Origin: a phage
Direction: 5' to 3' (one strand)
Sequence record: PZ386969.1
Length of the DNA stretch: 64,000 nt
Shown: positions 46,578-56,426 of the stretch, one piece after another
Layout of the letters: each line of letters begins with the position of its first letter
Position numbering within the stretch: position 1 is the first letter of the stretch
Translations under genes and position numbers: made by a program
Notes under the pieces: generated by a model
What the model was told of the DNA's origin: nothing
The model's database searches: none
What the model saw: only the letters and a program-made list of their open reading frames with translations

Positions 46578-46913
46578 TTATTTTTGAACTTGGGCTACAG
46601 ACATCGCCCAGAGCGGGAGGGTGTGGGGGTCCAGGGCTTCCAGTAGATATTCGACGCGCTCTGACATGATACCTTCAGGGAAGTTTACTTCTTCTGGTTC
46701 GTTGTTGGCCGTCCAACCCAAGGTCAGTCCTTCAGCGTGATGGATGATATAAACGAAGTCGCTCGATTCGTAGTCCTTTTCCATCAGGTCGAAGAACGCT
46801 TCCATCTCTTCGTCGGAGAAGTAGTAGATGCGAGGTACAGAGCCGTCAGCAAAGTGCTCAGCACCCTGGAAGGCAAACATGTCATCGGCGGTGAAGTTCT
46901 TGAGTTGTGTCAT
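46578..46913 (-). CDS. hypothetical protein
   Basis: ORF track start is TTG; start at ATG (MTQLKNF) preceded by AGCAGGAACTATATC; early promoter upstream. Confidence 0.45.
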   Translation of the reverse strand: MTQLKNFTADDMFAFQGAEHFADGSVPRIYYFSDEEMEAFFDLMEKDYESSDFVYIIHHAEGLTLGWTANNEPEEVNFPEGIMSERVEYLLEALDPHTLPLWAMSVAQVQK

Positions 46914-46961
46914 GATATAGTTCCTGCTATTCAAGTTGGTGTCGTACTGCTTATGGAATGA

Positions 46962-46990
46962 AGTATAGGGAAGGATATTGAAGAAGTAAA
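46962..46990 (-). promoter_or_regulatory. early promoter B (-35 TTTACT, 17-nt spacer, -10 TATACT)
   Basis: Minus strand CCTTTACTTCTTCAATATCCTTCCCTATACTTC; same architecture and near-identical downstream leader as promoter A. Confidence 0.5.
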
Positions 46991-47010
46991 GGGGCGAAAG
47001 CCCCTTTTAT
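46988..47010 (-). terminator. intrinsic terminator
   Basis: Minus strand AAAAGGGGCTTTCGCCCCTTTACTT. Confidence 0.6.
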
Positions 47011-47020
47011 TGAATTATTT

Positions 47021-47659
47021 TTACGGCGTCAGATTCACAACCGGAATGTGGGATCGAATACCTGCGATGATGTCCTTCAGCTGAGGCTTCCATCCATCCA
47101 CCAAACGGGGGAGAGCGATAGCGCCAGGCTGGACCAAAATGATGTCGCTGCCTGTGATATTGTGCTGAGGGAACTGGGCAAGGTACTGCTCCATGGTGAC
47201 ACCCTCATCAATCAGAACTGCACCGACGTCAGACGATGCGTAGGTTGCACCCAGGCCGTCAACACCCCATGCCAAGATACCCCAGTCAGGGATGTTGGCT
47301 TCAGATGTGATGGTGAATCCAAACACGGTGTTCAGCGAAGTAAAGGAATAGACATCGTGGGTGATGTCATACACTAGATACCCCTTGGCCAGCATATCGG
47401 CAAAGATCGCGTCCGTATCGCCAGCAGCCGGAGTCGGCACAGTAAACAACAGCTCGCCATCAGGAGGAGCAGGATACGTGCCGAGGGCATAGAGGCACCA
47501 TGCGTCAATACACTTCTTGATAAATGCCTCTGGTGCGACATAATCGGCAAGGCGAACCGTGCCTGAGTACTCGGATACGATGATGCCTTCCTTCGCACCC
47601 TGTAGAGCAATGAAGACCAAGATATGTTCATATCCGGCCTGAGATGGAGTGATGTTCAT
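47021..47659 (-). CDS. hypothetical protein
   Basis: ORF 47021..47755; start moved to ATG (MNITPSQ) overlapping the upstream stop (TAATG). Confidence 0.45.
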   Translation of the reverse strand: MNITPSQAGYEHILVFIALQGAKEGIIVSEYSGTVRLADYVAPEAFIKKCIDAWCLYALGTYPAPPDGELLFTVPTPAAGDTDAIFADMLAKGYLVYDITHDVYSFTSLNTVFGFTITSEANIPDWGILAWGVDGLGATYASSDVGAVLIDEGVTMEQYLAQFPQHNITGSDIILVQPGAIALPRLVDGWKPQLKDIIAGIRSHIPVVNLTP

Positions 47660-48273
47660 TATCTTGTCCTCTTCAGTTTCTCTATTGTGTGCTTGTTCAT
47701 GGCGATCACCTGAGGATCTACCTCGGAGATGGTCCGGCCTTCGAAAGACACACATTTCTGAAGATATTTAGCTTTCTTCACGACGTCAGCAGCATAAGCG
47801 TTCGATGCGGGATTACGGGCGAAGCCAGCATTGTAAGAGGAGAGGGATTTGCGGATATTCTGATTGTGATAGGTCAGCCAGAACTGCATCTCATCGAGGG
47901 CGGCTTGCGCGGCATATTCTTGGTCGGTCAGCAACTTTATGGCGACATTGGCATAGCACTTGCGATTCTTACAACCTTCGCGATCACCAACTGTCTTCAC
48001 CTTGTTCTGAAAGGCTCCCATGTTGGCCGCCTTGAGGCCGTATCGCATTGACACTACATCTTCACCAGCGCGGCTCTCTCGCCAAGATATGGCGGCCAGA
48101 GTGTAGCCAAGATCTTGTGTCTTGCCTACATGATAGGCGGTTGCCATCGTATTAAGTTGTTGCTCGGAGAAATTATAAACACATTGACTTGTATTTTGGG
48201 AAGCGTGCACATTCCCGCTGGCAATGGTAAAGGTCACGGACAAGGCCATGGCCTTCAACGTTGTCATCGTCAT
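47659..48273 (-). CDS. secreted lytic transglycosylase-like protein (SLT domain)
   Basis: N-terminal signal peptide (MTMTTLKAMALSVTFTIASGNVHA); SLT-like motifs ESRAG, GAFQ, SYNAGF. Confidence 0.5.
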   Translation of the reverse strand: MTMTTLKAMALSVTFTIASGNVHASQNTSQCVYNFSEQQLNTMATAYHVGKTQDLGYTLAAISWRESRAGEDVVSMRYGLKAANMGAFQNKVKTVGDREGCKNRKCYANVAIKLLTDQEYAAQAALDEMQFWLTYHNQNIRKSLSSYNAGFARNPASNAYAADVVKKAKYLQKCVSFEGRTISEVDPQVIAMNKHTIEKLKRTR

Positions 48274-48330
48274 GATGGCGTTCCTTATGTTTGTCGACTT
48301 GCAGCTCGATTGAGCCTCCTGACAGGGGTT

Positions 48331-48363
48331 AAAAGATAAAGGGCACGTGATATTTAGTGCCCT
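48331..48363 (-). terminator. intrinsic terminator
   Basis: Minus strand GGGCACTAAATATCACGTGCCC followed by TTTATCTTTT. Confidence 0.55.
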
Positions 48364-48369
48364 TCAGCC

Positions 48370-48654
48370 TCATTCGTAGATGAGGTGGTAGGATTCCTCG
48401 ATACACTCCAGCCAGCCATAGACGAACTGTAGAGGGTCATCCCATGCCGTCTTGGTCGCGACGGTAAAGTTGCCGTCCAGGATCTGCATATCTTGGTACT
48501 TGTTGAAAGCGAGTACAGCATCAACCACAATCAGGCCGCCCTGCTCAAGATAACGATTCGGAGTGACGGTCACTTGGTAATGAGGATTCCTGCGATTCCA
48601 TATCTCCACAGCAATGTCACAGGATTCCTGAATTTCATCTTTGTTTTCTGACAT
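48370..48654 (-). CDS. hypothetical protein
   Basis: 94-aa ORF with AAGGAA RBS, followed by an intrinsic terminator. Confidence 0.4.
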   Translation of the reverse strand: MSENKDEIQESCDIAVEIWNRRNPHYQVTVTPNRYLEQGGLIVVDAVLAFNKYQDMQILDGNFTVATKTAWDDPLQFVYGWLECIEESYHLIYE

Positions 48655-48964
48655 ACGTTTGTCTCAGATGTTCAGTAAAGGATTTACCCAGCTTGCGGAA
48701 TAGTTTAATACGCCCGACGACTTTGACGTAAACATCTCCTTGGCAGGGGCGCGGCTTACACCAGCACCCCAATACCTTCCCGTCAAGATCAAGGAGTTCA
48801 TCCTCGGTGATATCCCCTTCAATCAGGCGCACATACAGGTCGTCCTCAAACAGTTCGATACAGACACCTCGTCCATGGTCTTTGACCTCAAACGGGTTCC
48901 CCCATTTACCAGGCCGACCAATGTAGACATCATATGGCTCCTTCTTGAAGTGGACGACTTTCAT
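48635..48964 (-). CDS. DUF4326-like protein
   Basis: Pattern VYIGRPGKWGNPF...GCWCKPRPCQGDV resembles the DUF4326 family signature. Confidence 0.45.
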   Translation of the reverse strand: MKVVHFKKEPYDVYIGRPGKWGNPFEVKDHGRGVCIELFEDDLYVRLIEGDITEDELLDLDGKVLGCWCKPRPCQGDVYVKVVGRIKLFRKLGKSFTEHLRQTYVRKQR

Positions 48965-49125
48965 TTCAGGATTTGACCTGCAAGTAGGTAACAGAACCAG
49001 ACAGAGAACCCGAGATACCCCAGTGCTTTCAGGTAGTTTTTCCTTTCGACTTCACGAGAAAACGCAACGATATCAATGATGCATGCAAAGACCAGGATTG
49101 CGAGTTTAATTTGTTCGTAGTTCAT
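48961..49125 (-). CDS. 54-aa two-helix membrane peptide (not in ORF track)
   Basis: ATG with AAGGA RBS just after the SbcC-like stop; translation MNYEQIKLAILVFACIIDIVAFSREVERKNYLKALGYLGFSVWFCYLLAGQILK; stop overlaps next start (ATGA). Confidence 0.3.
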   Translation of the reverse strand: MNYEQIKLAILVFACIIDIVAFSREVERKNYLKALGYLGFSVWFCYLLAGQILK

Positions 49126-49127
49126 GA

Positions 49128-51473
49128 TTAATCCTTCTTGATAACTTCAGTCAGGCCGTTTCGCAGGCCGTAGCGAATGTTGTGTTGGAAGTATTCCTGG
49201 AACTCCTGTTCGCGCTGGCTAATAACAAACAGGTTGTTCCCGCCGAACTTATGCTTCAACATCTCAACCGATTCCTGCACCCCGCGCTCGCTCATGTTCT
49301 CAAGGATCTCGTCCAGAACGAACAGGTTACATTGTACAGACGCCTTGAGGTTAGCCACGTCACGCAGAGCTAATGTCACCGCCAGGTTCAGACGACTGCG
49401 CTGGCCAGTAGATAGGGAGAATATACTCTGTCCTTTGCGACCTGCTGCGCTCATGGTGATCTCAAAGGTATCGTCAACAACGATATCCAAGAACATGTTG
49501 AGGGCTTCAAGATACTCGTTGATCTTGCTATTGAGGAATGGCAGGTACAGAGCGATGATGCGCGCCTTGGTCTGGTCATCCTTCAGGAAGAACAGGAGGT
49601 GCTGTAAGTCCTGGAGTTCCTGATCGGCATCCTCGCGGCGCTGGTATAGATCCTCCAGTTCACCTTCCAACACAGCGATAGAGTTCTCTAGTTCGGCGGT
49701 AGGCGTTGGTTGTACAGCCAGTTTACGCTCCAGATCGGCAATAGACGCCACGAGAGGAGCACGACGGGCTTTCAGCTCGGCGATCTTATCATCGACGGCT
49801 TTAATCCCGCTGACGGCATTCTCTCGAGTTTGTTGTAGTGACGCAGTGATGTCTTCAAAACGAACGTTCAGTGCCTTACGGATGTCAAGGATCTTCTGTT
49901 GACATTCACGGTTCAGTGAATTACACTCAATCGTGGCAGCATCATGAAAACCTTGAATATCACGGCGCAGCTGCTTGATGTTGTCAACGATTTCGTCGGC
50001 CTGCTTGCGCATTGCATCCAGTTCAGTGTCCAACACAGCAATGTCAGCAACCAACTTATCGTCCTGAGCCTTGTGATCATCGATCAGGACATTGATATCG
50101 GCGGTAACTTTGTCTAGTTGATCTAACTTCGACTGCAGTTCCTGGATCTGAGGATTGTACTCACTCTCAATCCGCGCCTTGGTGTCATCAGACACCAGTT
50201 GGGTACAGGTAGGGCAAGTCCCCATGTCGTGGAAGCGCTTGATGGCCGACTGATGTCCGTCCATTTCGGTCTGGAACTTGATGCGGAAGTTCTCACCCTG
50301 CTGGCGGCGCTGAATAGCAGCGTTCAGGGCGTCCAGGTTTGTGTTGCGCTCGGTGAGCAGGGTGTTCTTGCTTTCGGCCACTGTAAAGGCACGGTCACGC
50401 AAGACCTGAAGTTCATGCTCCGCAGTAGACACTTCGATGCGCTCATAATCATCGGCCTTTTCCTGAGCGGCATCCTTCACCGCCTGGATCTTGGCATCAA
50501 AGTCTTTCTTGATAGCCTCGATCTCCACCATGGATTCATCATTCAGGCGGTTTTCTACCGTCTTCATTTCCTGGGTGGCTTCGAACTCAACCGCAGTGAG
50601 GCGGCTGCGCTCCTCATTCTGCGCGGCAATGTCAGCATCCAGGGAATTCAGGGCTTCCTGTTGCTGTACAAGGATATCGGCCGACTGCTGTTGGATCAGG
50701 GCGTTGGATTGCTCGATCTGCTGAAGCTGCGTCTTCTTGTTGGTGTGGTCAACAACCTTCAGTGCGCATTCGTTAGATATGGAGTCCAGAGTTGTATTTG
50801 CCTTTTTGATGGCGGCCTTGACATCTTCGTTCATCAGGCTGAAGAAGCCCAAGTCCCAAATTGTCTCCACCATGGCGCGACGGTCGGCAGTGTACATCTC
50901 CGTAAACGGAATGAACTTCTCTTTACCCAGCACCAGAGAGTTCTCAAACATCTTCTGGTCTACACCGATGAGGTTCACGATGTACTTGTTCATGTCGGCC
51001 TTGGCTGCTTCGTTATCGATCTGCAACCACTTACCGTCCACCATCTGGTAGACTTCAACAAAGTCGGGCTTGATACCCCGGCGAACTTTCCATTCACTAC
51101 CACGACAGGCAAACTCTACCTCACCCACACATTCCTTGCGGCTTTGTGAGTTAACCAGGCCTGCCTTCTTCTCCTTCTTACTGTACGTGGTGTTGTACAG
51201 TACGAAGAACAGCAGCCATACCAACATCGTGGATTTACCCGCGCCGTTGTCATCAGACGTGACAAGGGTGGCTGGGTTGCGCTGATAATCAATCTCCATG
51301 AACTGATTGCCGATGGAGCGGAAGTTCTTGGCGCGACCTTTGCGGAAAGTCAGTTTGTGCGTAACGTTATCACGCACTTCAAATGGGACTTCCACCTCTA
51401 CCGGGGTGTCAGCTTCCTTCAAAAGATTGCCAAATTTGGCCAGGATATCTGTACTTTGAGTCATGTTATGCAT
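49128..51473 (-). CDS. SbcC/Rad50-like recombination nuclease ATPase subunit (T4 gp46-like)
   Basis: Walker A DNGAGKST near N-terminus, very long central coiled coil, C-terminal ABC-type domain; 781 aa. Confidence 0.75.
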   Translation of the reverse strand: MHNMTQSTDILAKFGNLLKEADTPVEVEVPFEVRDNVTHKLTFRKGRAKNFRSIGNQFMEIDYQRNPATLVTSDDNGAGKSTMLVWLLFFVLYNTTYSKKEKKAGLVNSQSRKECVGEVEFACRGSEWKVRRGIKPDFVEVYQMVDGKWLQIDNEAAKADMNKYIVNLIGVDQKMFENSLVLGKEKFIPFTEMYTADRRAMVETIWDLGFFSLMNEDVKAAIKKANTTLDSISNECALKVVDHTNKKTQLQQIEQSNALIQQQSADILVQQQEALNSLDADIAAQNEERSRLTAVEFEATQEMKTVENRLNDESMVEIEAIKKDFDAKIQAVKDAAQEKADDYERIEVSTAEHELQVLRDRAFTVAESKNTLLTERNTNLDALNAAIQRRQQGENFRIKFQTEMDGHQSAIKRFHDMGTCPTCTQLVSDDTKARIESEYNPQIQELQSKLDQLDKVTADINVLIDDHKAQDDKLVADIAVLDTELDAMRKQADEIVDNIKQLRRDIQGFHDAATIECNSLNRECQQKILDIRKALNVRFEDITASLQQTRENAVSGIKAVDDKIAELKARRAPLVASIADLERKLAVQPTPTAELENSIAVLEGELEDLYQRREDADQELQDLQHLLFFLKDDQTKARIIALYLPFLNSKINEYLEALNMFLDIVVDDTFEITMSAAGRKGQSIFSLSTGQRSRLNLAVTLALRDVANLKASVQCNLFVLDEILENMSERGVQESVEMLKHKFGGNNLFVISQREQEFQEYFQHNIRYGLRNGLTEVIKKD

Positions 51474-52581
51474 CCAGTGTATTCAGGCGTTGTTGGGCAG
51501 CGTTGTAGAAGTGCTCTGCCAGCTTGCAGACGTTTTCAGGGCGCTGGATGTTGTTCCCGGCGCGGATATCCTTCTTTAGGACTTCCACTGCGTCGGTTGC
51601 CACCATCTCTTCGGTGACCTCAACCTTCTCAGCCGCTACGGTAATAGTCCGGTCGATGAAGTTGTAGTCAATACACTTACAGCGCTTCATGGCATCACAG
51701 AACTTTTCATAATGCTTAGCATTGTCGCGATTCTGTACAATAACCTTAACGATTTGCCCTTCAATACCCAAGCATGTGTTCAGCCATTCCGGGTCGATCC
51801 AATTGCCTTCTTCATCGGAGGACAACTTGGTGTAGTCATATTCCACATAGCGGAACAGCGTCTGGTGCTCGGCGTTCGGGATAAAGACCTCACCACCGCG
51901 CATGTCGTCCACATAGAAGCCACGGTTGGTGCCGTCTTTGTAGTCTTCCCAATTCAGGTGATACGGAGTCCCAAGATACTGAATGTTACCTTCCATCGAA
52001 CGGGTATGGAAATGCCCCGTGTCGACCCTGGTAAACTTGGAAAGCAACGCAACGTCGATCTGACCGTGATCACAAGTAGAGGACTGGTACATTTTGAACC
52101 CTGCCAACTCCAGATGCGCAAAACAGTACTCGGCGTCTGTATCTTGTAACGCCTTAATAGACGCATCATAGTTCTCCTTGTTGATCCACGGTAGGAGCAG
52201 AGTCTTGACACCCTCGATCATCACTTCGGTCGGTTCGCTATAATAGCAGTATACATCTGGGTCGAGTTCGTTCAGGTAGGATGGCCAGTTGATGCGGTTA
52301 GACTCTTCCAGGGTGATGTCGTGGTTGCCAACAATACCATTCCACTTGATCCCAGCAGCTTTCAGCGCCGGAGTCAGCTCATCTTTCAACCAGTCCTTGT
52401 CACGCCCGTACATGAATTTGCGGACGTCAAATGTGTCACCAAACTGCCAGACCTCATGGATGTCGGAGGCGACAAGTTCAGGGATGAAATAATTGATGAG
52501 GTAGTTCTTGATGAAGTCGCGAACGTAACGGGAACCATTACGGCTCCCGATATGCAGATCGCCGATTTTAGCAATCGCCAT
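51466..52581 (-). CDS. SbcD/Mre11-like recombination nuclease subunit (T4 gp47-like)
   Basis: Metallophosphatase motifs IGDLHIG, GNHD and HxH-type segments; overlaps the SbcC-like start. Confidence 0.85.
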   Translation of the reverse strand: MAIAKIGDLHIGSRNGSRYVRDFIKNYLINYFIPELVASDIHEVWQFGDTFDVRKFMYGRDKDWLKDELTPALKAAGIKWNGIVGNHDITLEESNRINWPSYLNELDPDVYCYYSEPTEVMIEGVKTLLLPWINKENYDASIKALQDTDAEYCFAHLELAGFKMYQSSTCDHGQIDVALLSKFTRVDTGHFHTRSMEGNIQYLGTPYHLNWEDYKDGTNRGFYVDDMRGGEVFIPNAEHQTLFRYVEYDYTKLSSDEEGNWIDPEWLNTCLGIEGQIVKVIVQNRDNAKHYEKFCDAMKRCKCIDYNFIDRTITVAAEKVEVTEEMVATDAVEVLKKDIRAGNNIQRPENVCKLAEHFYNAAQQRLNTLDA

Positions 52582-53359
52582 TATTCTTTTTCTCCCGTTC
52601 TTCTAATCTTTGTTTGAGGGCTTCCCAATCTGGTTCCATCGCACAGATATCATCTTCCAGATTGAATTGGGTTTTGCCGAAGTCCTGATCTGAATTGTCT
52701 TCGGCCTGCGCTGTTACCGTATTCTTAGCCTGCGCCATGTATTGAAGTATACCTTTCGCAATCTTTTTATTCGATTCTGCTAGACGAGCTGCCTCCACCT
52801 TCTCTCGCTCCTTCTGCCTTTGAGCGTCCTTTTTGTTCTCAAAGTTACCGATACGTTCACGGAAGTCCATGCCAATCCCTGTCGCGTCAACAAAGATCTC
52901 TTGTTTGAAGTCGGGATCGTCTGCCAGGCCTGCGAACCCACCCGCCTCTTCAAATGAGCGCAATTTAATGTACGTGTGCTCTTCTTCGATGTTCAGTTTA
53001 CGGGCAAATGAGCGATCAGCACACATGGTCACCCAAGAAAAGAAGTTGATCTTCCCTTTCTTTCCAATGTGTTCGACGTCAAATGTGTGGAGGTAGCGCA
53101 GGATGTTGACTATTGCTTCAGAGACCATGTCTTCACGGAAGGGATAGTCACGATAGTTGTAGCGGGTGCTCATCTTGGTGATGATGCGCTGGACCTGTAG
53201 AGCAACATAGTTGGGGATCTTTGGAAGCCTGGTGCCTTCAGCCAGAGCCTTCTTACGAGCAGGGATCCAATCACGAAGGATACTGATGACACGCTCGTTA
53301 TCTTCGTCTGTGAAATATTTGACGACATTCTCCCCTCTGTCCACGAAGCTCATTCCCAT
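52568..53359 (-). CDS. late-transcription sigma factor (T4 gp55-like)
   Basis: N-terminal region (ILRDW...YNYRDY...INFFSWVTMCADRSF) parallels T4 gp55 (IIDW...FNFSGY...AYITQACFNAF); adjacent to gp47-like gene as in T4. Confidence 0.65.
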   Translation of the reverse strand: MGMSFVDRGENVVKYFTDEDNERVISILRDWIPARKKALAEGTRLPKIPNYVALQVQRIITKMSTRYNYRDYPFREDMVSEAIVNILRYLHTFDVEHIGKKGKINFFSWVTMCADRSFARKLNIEEEHTYIKLRSFEEAGGFAGLADDPDFKQEIFVDATGIGMDFRERIGNFENKKDAQRQKEREKVEAARLAESNKKIAKGILQYMAQAKNTVTAQAEDNSDQDFGKTQFNLEDDICAMEPDWEALKQRLEEREKKNNGDC

Positions 53360-53370
53360 TATGATAGTCC

Positions 53371-53898
53371 TCAGATACCGATAAATTCATCAAAAGATCC
53401 AACAACCTTCTTCACCGAGATCTTGTCATTCTCAATCAGGAAGTTGCTGTCGTTTTTGGCTGCTGTGGCCCAGTCATCGGCAAGTTCGTTGCCTTCGTGT
53501 CCCGCATGACCCTTAACCCATTTTAGTTCAACATCACAAATTGAACAAACGAGATCATAGATTCTGAACAGATCTTTGATGAGTTCAACGTTCTTTTCTG
53601 GGAAACCCTGATACTCCCACTTCGTTCGCCATTCGGTGACACTCTTGATGGCATATTGGCTGTCAGACCAAATTGTTGCCTTTGGTATTCTGCGCTCACC
53701 CTTTCCTGAGAATGCCCACAGTAGCTTCAATGCGTTGGTCACACCCAACAACTCGGCGATATTGTTGGTGGACGGGGGAGGTAGATGGCCGAAGAACACC
53801 TTCCATTGCATACCCGTTATTGGCCTGATGACAAATGCCCAGCCTGCGGCCTGGTTGGTCTTCGGGTTAGAACCCCCGTCAGAATAAATTTCTATCAT
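53371..53898 (-). CDS. ribonuclease HI
   Basis: Start moved to ATG (MIEIYSDGG); RNase HI motifs SDGG, NNIAELLG, WSDSQY, KGHAGHEGNELADDWA. Confidence 0.85.
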   Translation of the reverse strand: MIEIYSDGGSNPKTNQAAGWAFVIRPITGMQWKVFFGHLPPPSTNNIAELLGVTNALKLLWAFSGKGERRIPKATIWSDSQYAIKSVTEWRTKWEYQGFPEKNVELIKDLFRIYDLVCSICDVELKWVKGHAGHEGNELADDWATAAKNDSNFLIENDKISVKKVVGSFDEFIGI

Positions 53899-53900
53899 GA

Positions 53901-53908
53901 TATAAATA
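53901..53908 (+). promoter_or_regulatory. T4-type late promoter box TATAAATA
   Basis: Exact TATAAATA about 36 nt upstream of the ATG at 53944; overlaps the RNase H start region on the opposite strand. Confidence 0.5.
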
Positions 53909-53943
53909 TCCCAAACTGGTTTTATAGAAAGAGGAATGAAACT

Positions 53944-54711
53944 ATGGCACCCCGCGCATATCGTTTCAGTCTCACCGCCCCGCAGATTGAGCAATTGCTC
54001 CTCTCTATCTATGATGCTATCAAGTCAGAAGATATCATCTATGATTATGCTGCAGGTGGGACTGCTGGACAAGTCGCAGCAGCGTCTGCTGTCAAGAACA
54101 TGTGGTTGAAGCTCAACGAGATGGTGACAGGCCAAGGTCTCAAAGATGCCATCAACGATGCAGAAGACAGCAACGTGTTCACCGACTATTATAAGTCTTT
54201 ACTGGATCGCGAAGGTTGGAAATTTATTGGATCTCCAGCAGATGAACTCCAGCGAGGCGACATCGATACCTCGAACTTCAAAGGTGGTGAGGTCATTCTA
54301 CTTCAGAAGAACGCTTCGGGCAACCCAGAATTCCAATACTGGAAGCGAACCCCTGTTGCTGGGGGTGATCCTACCTTTGCATGGGCTTCGGTCTATGAAG
54401 GGAACTCTAATGATTCCAGCATAGAGATTCCCGTGGTTGGCACCAGCGTACTCAAGGACATCCCCAAGGCACTCTTCCATATGATCGAGTTCAGAGTGCA
54501 TGTCTACGATGAGACACTGGGTCATTGGCAAGACACAGACGGGAAGGTAGGGTATCGTGGCGAGGATCTGATCTACAGTGTCTACAACCATATTCAGACC
54601 AAACCTCTCGCCACCATTGACTTCAGCCAAGATACGGACAATATGACGGTTTCTGTGACGTCGTTGGAACCGAATGTCAAGTGCCATCTGTCCTTCGTTG
54701 CGGGTTACTAA
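53944..54711 (+). CDS. late protein (hypothetical, possibly structural)
   Basis: ORF 53785..54711; start moved to ATG (MAPRAYR) with GAGGAA RBS; exact TATAAATA box about 36 nt upstream; lone plus-strand gene among minus-strand early genes. Confidence 0.45.
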   Translation: MAPRAYRFSLTAPQIEQLLLSIYDAIKSEDIIYDYAAGGTAGQVAAASAVKNMWLKLNEMVTGQGLKDAINDAEDSNVFTDYYKSLLDREGWKFIGSPADELQRGDIDTSNFKGGEVILLQKNASGNPEFQYWKRTPVAGGDPTFAWASVYEGNSNDSSIEIPVVGTSVLKDIPKALFHMIEFRVHVYDETLGHWQDTDGKVGYRGEDLIYSVYNHIQTKPLATIDFSQDTDNMTVSVTSLEPNVKCHLSFVAGY

Positions 54712-56426
54712 ACCTCAAACACGGCATCAGTGAACCAAGCGGGGAAGAACTCTGGGTTGCGCATCATCAGTGATTCGAAAGAAGAATCAAGGATGTACGT
54801 CGCAGCCCAGTCATTCACGCCCCTGACCGAACGCCCACACATCTGAACGATACGCAGTACCGCCATCCTGAAGTACGCCGATGGGTCCACACTGTTGACG
54901 TGGGCCACCAGAGGATCACCAAGGTAATCGTATGGCACCTTGATCAAGATCTGAAATCGACTATAATCGCCTTTGAAGTCATACCCCTCTTCCATGGCCG
55001 GACTGGCGATGACACAAGGCGTCTTCGTCCTGAACGCGTGTTCCATGATGTCCATCAGAGCCTTACGAGTACGAGGAACGTGAATCATATTCCGGTACTT
55101 ACTGAACTTTTGTAGAGCCAGGGCGCGGTCATAACTGACTGTGTGAATGATGCCAGACTGTCCAGGGTGGAACGCGATAATTTCATCCACGTATTCAGCC
55201 AGCTTCTTCATCTCGTAGTCACCCATGTTCGCTGTCATCTTCATGATGGGCATGTAGTTGACTTTCCGGTTCTCAATCGGGATAGGGTTGCCGATCTGTA
55301 TCTTGTGGTACTCACCCTCGCGGATACCCAGTGACCGGGCGTACGAGTCAATCCCGCAAATGGTAGCCGACATGTGGACGTGGTAGTCACCCTTGCGGAA
55401 CAGGCCGAACTGGGATACATCAGAGGCGATGACAGGCTTGAACTGAATCATACCCTTGTCCTTCTCCTGTACGATGAAAGTGCTGGCGTTGGTCTGTCCC
55501 ATGATACCACAGTAGTCGCTGAGGTTGTGAAGATTATCAATAATATCAGACAGCTTCATCACCTGGGCTTCAGTCAGGCGCTCGTCCTCTACCAGTTCCT
55601 CAAGAGTTTCCAACAGGGCTTCAACCTTGCCGTGTAGTTCATCAAATATCGCATGCATCTCACCAGACAGGGAATACAGCTTGCCCAATTCATAGTTCTC
55701 TGTGCGGATGATGATATCCTTGATGGTCTCCACGATAGGCACTCCCTCGGGGATCGTAAGCAACCCTTCCACAGCCTTTATGTTGTATTCCATGATAGTA
55801 TGCTCTAGGAGCGTAGAGGGCATTTTATGACACTCGTCAAGGATCAGCATATCGGCACGGTTTTCCGGCTTCATACAAATCGTCGTACACATCTCCACCA
55901 TCATGGCGGCGTTGGTGCAGCGCAGGGAGGAGACGTCGGTCCACTGTCGACGCGCCTGAACATATGGGCAACGATTCTTACTACAGTGGCCATCACGGCA
56001 TGCCATACGGCACTGAATGGCGTTGTAGTACAGGTCGGGGCTGATATGACAACGATAATTCTTCTTGCCCTTCAGAATGTCTATCGCCACGGCTTTCTCT
56101 GCTGCATACTGATCCTGTAAACCTTTGGTCGGCGTCGTGATAGACGTGCGGAACTGACCATACGGGTTGTGCTCAAGAACCAAATGGCGAAGCACATTAT
56201 GGATGGTAGTGCCGATGAGGGATTTACCTACACCAGTCGGAGCCTCGATGATCACGTGTTTGAATTTCTTATTCACAAGGGCATCAATGGCTTCAACGAT
56301 GCATTCCATCTGGCCGGGGTTGGCGGTGTCATACGGGAAGAACTCAGTGGCAAGAGACTTGATGCGGTCTATGCTGACTGGTCCGACGCCGTCAAGCGCC
56401 TTGGTATATTGGTTGAATGCTGTCAC
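54708..56426 (-). CDS. DinG/XPD (Rad3)-family Fe-S DNA helicase
   Basis: GTG start with TAGGAGGAAGAAA RBS; Walker A APTGVGKS, DECH box (LDECHKM), four-Cys cluster (CHISPD...CRMACRDGHC...CPY) typical of the Fe-S domain. Confidence 0.7.
   Translation of the reverse strand: MTAFNQYTKALDGVGPVSIDRIKSLATEFFPYDTANPGQMECIVEAIDALVNKKFKHVIIEAPTGVGKSLIGTTIHNVLRHLVLEHNPYGQFRTSITTPTKGLQDQYAAEKAVAIDILKGKKNYRCHISPDLYYNAIQCRMACRDGHCSKNRCPYVQARRQWTDVSSLRCTNAAMMVEMCTTICMKPENRADMLILDECHKMPSTLLEHTIMEYNIKAVEGLLTIPEGVPIVETIKDIIIRTENYELGKLYSLSGEMHAIFDELHGKVEALLETLEELVEDERLTEAQVMKLSDIIDNLHNLSDYCGIMGQTNASTFIVQEKDKGMIQFKPVIASDVSQFGLFRKGDYHVHMSATICGIDSYARSLGIREGEYHKIQIGNPIPIENRKVNYMPIMKMTANMGDYEMKKLAEYVDEIIAFHPGQSGIIHTVSYDRALALQKFSKYRNMIHVPRTRKALMDIMEHAFRTKTPCVIASPAMEEGYDFKGDYSRFQILIKVPYDYLGDPLVAHVNSVDPSAYFRMAVLRIVQMCGRSVRGVNDWAATYILDSSFESLMMRNPEFFPAWFTDAVFEV

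Noticed and set aside
50199-51149. 316-aa plus-strand ORF inside the SbcC-like gene
   Set aside because: Lies entirely antisense within a well-supported minus-strand gene; no RBS; low-complexity repetitive composition typical of a shadow ORF
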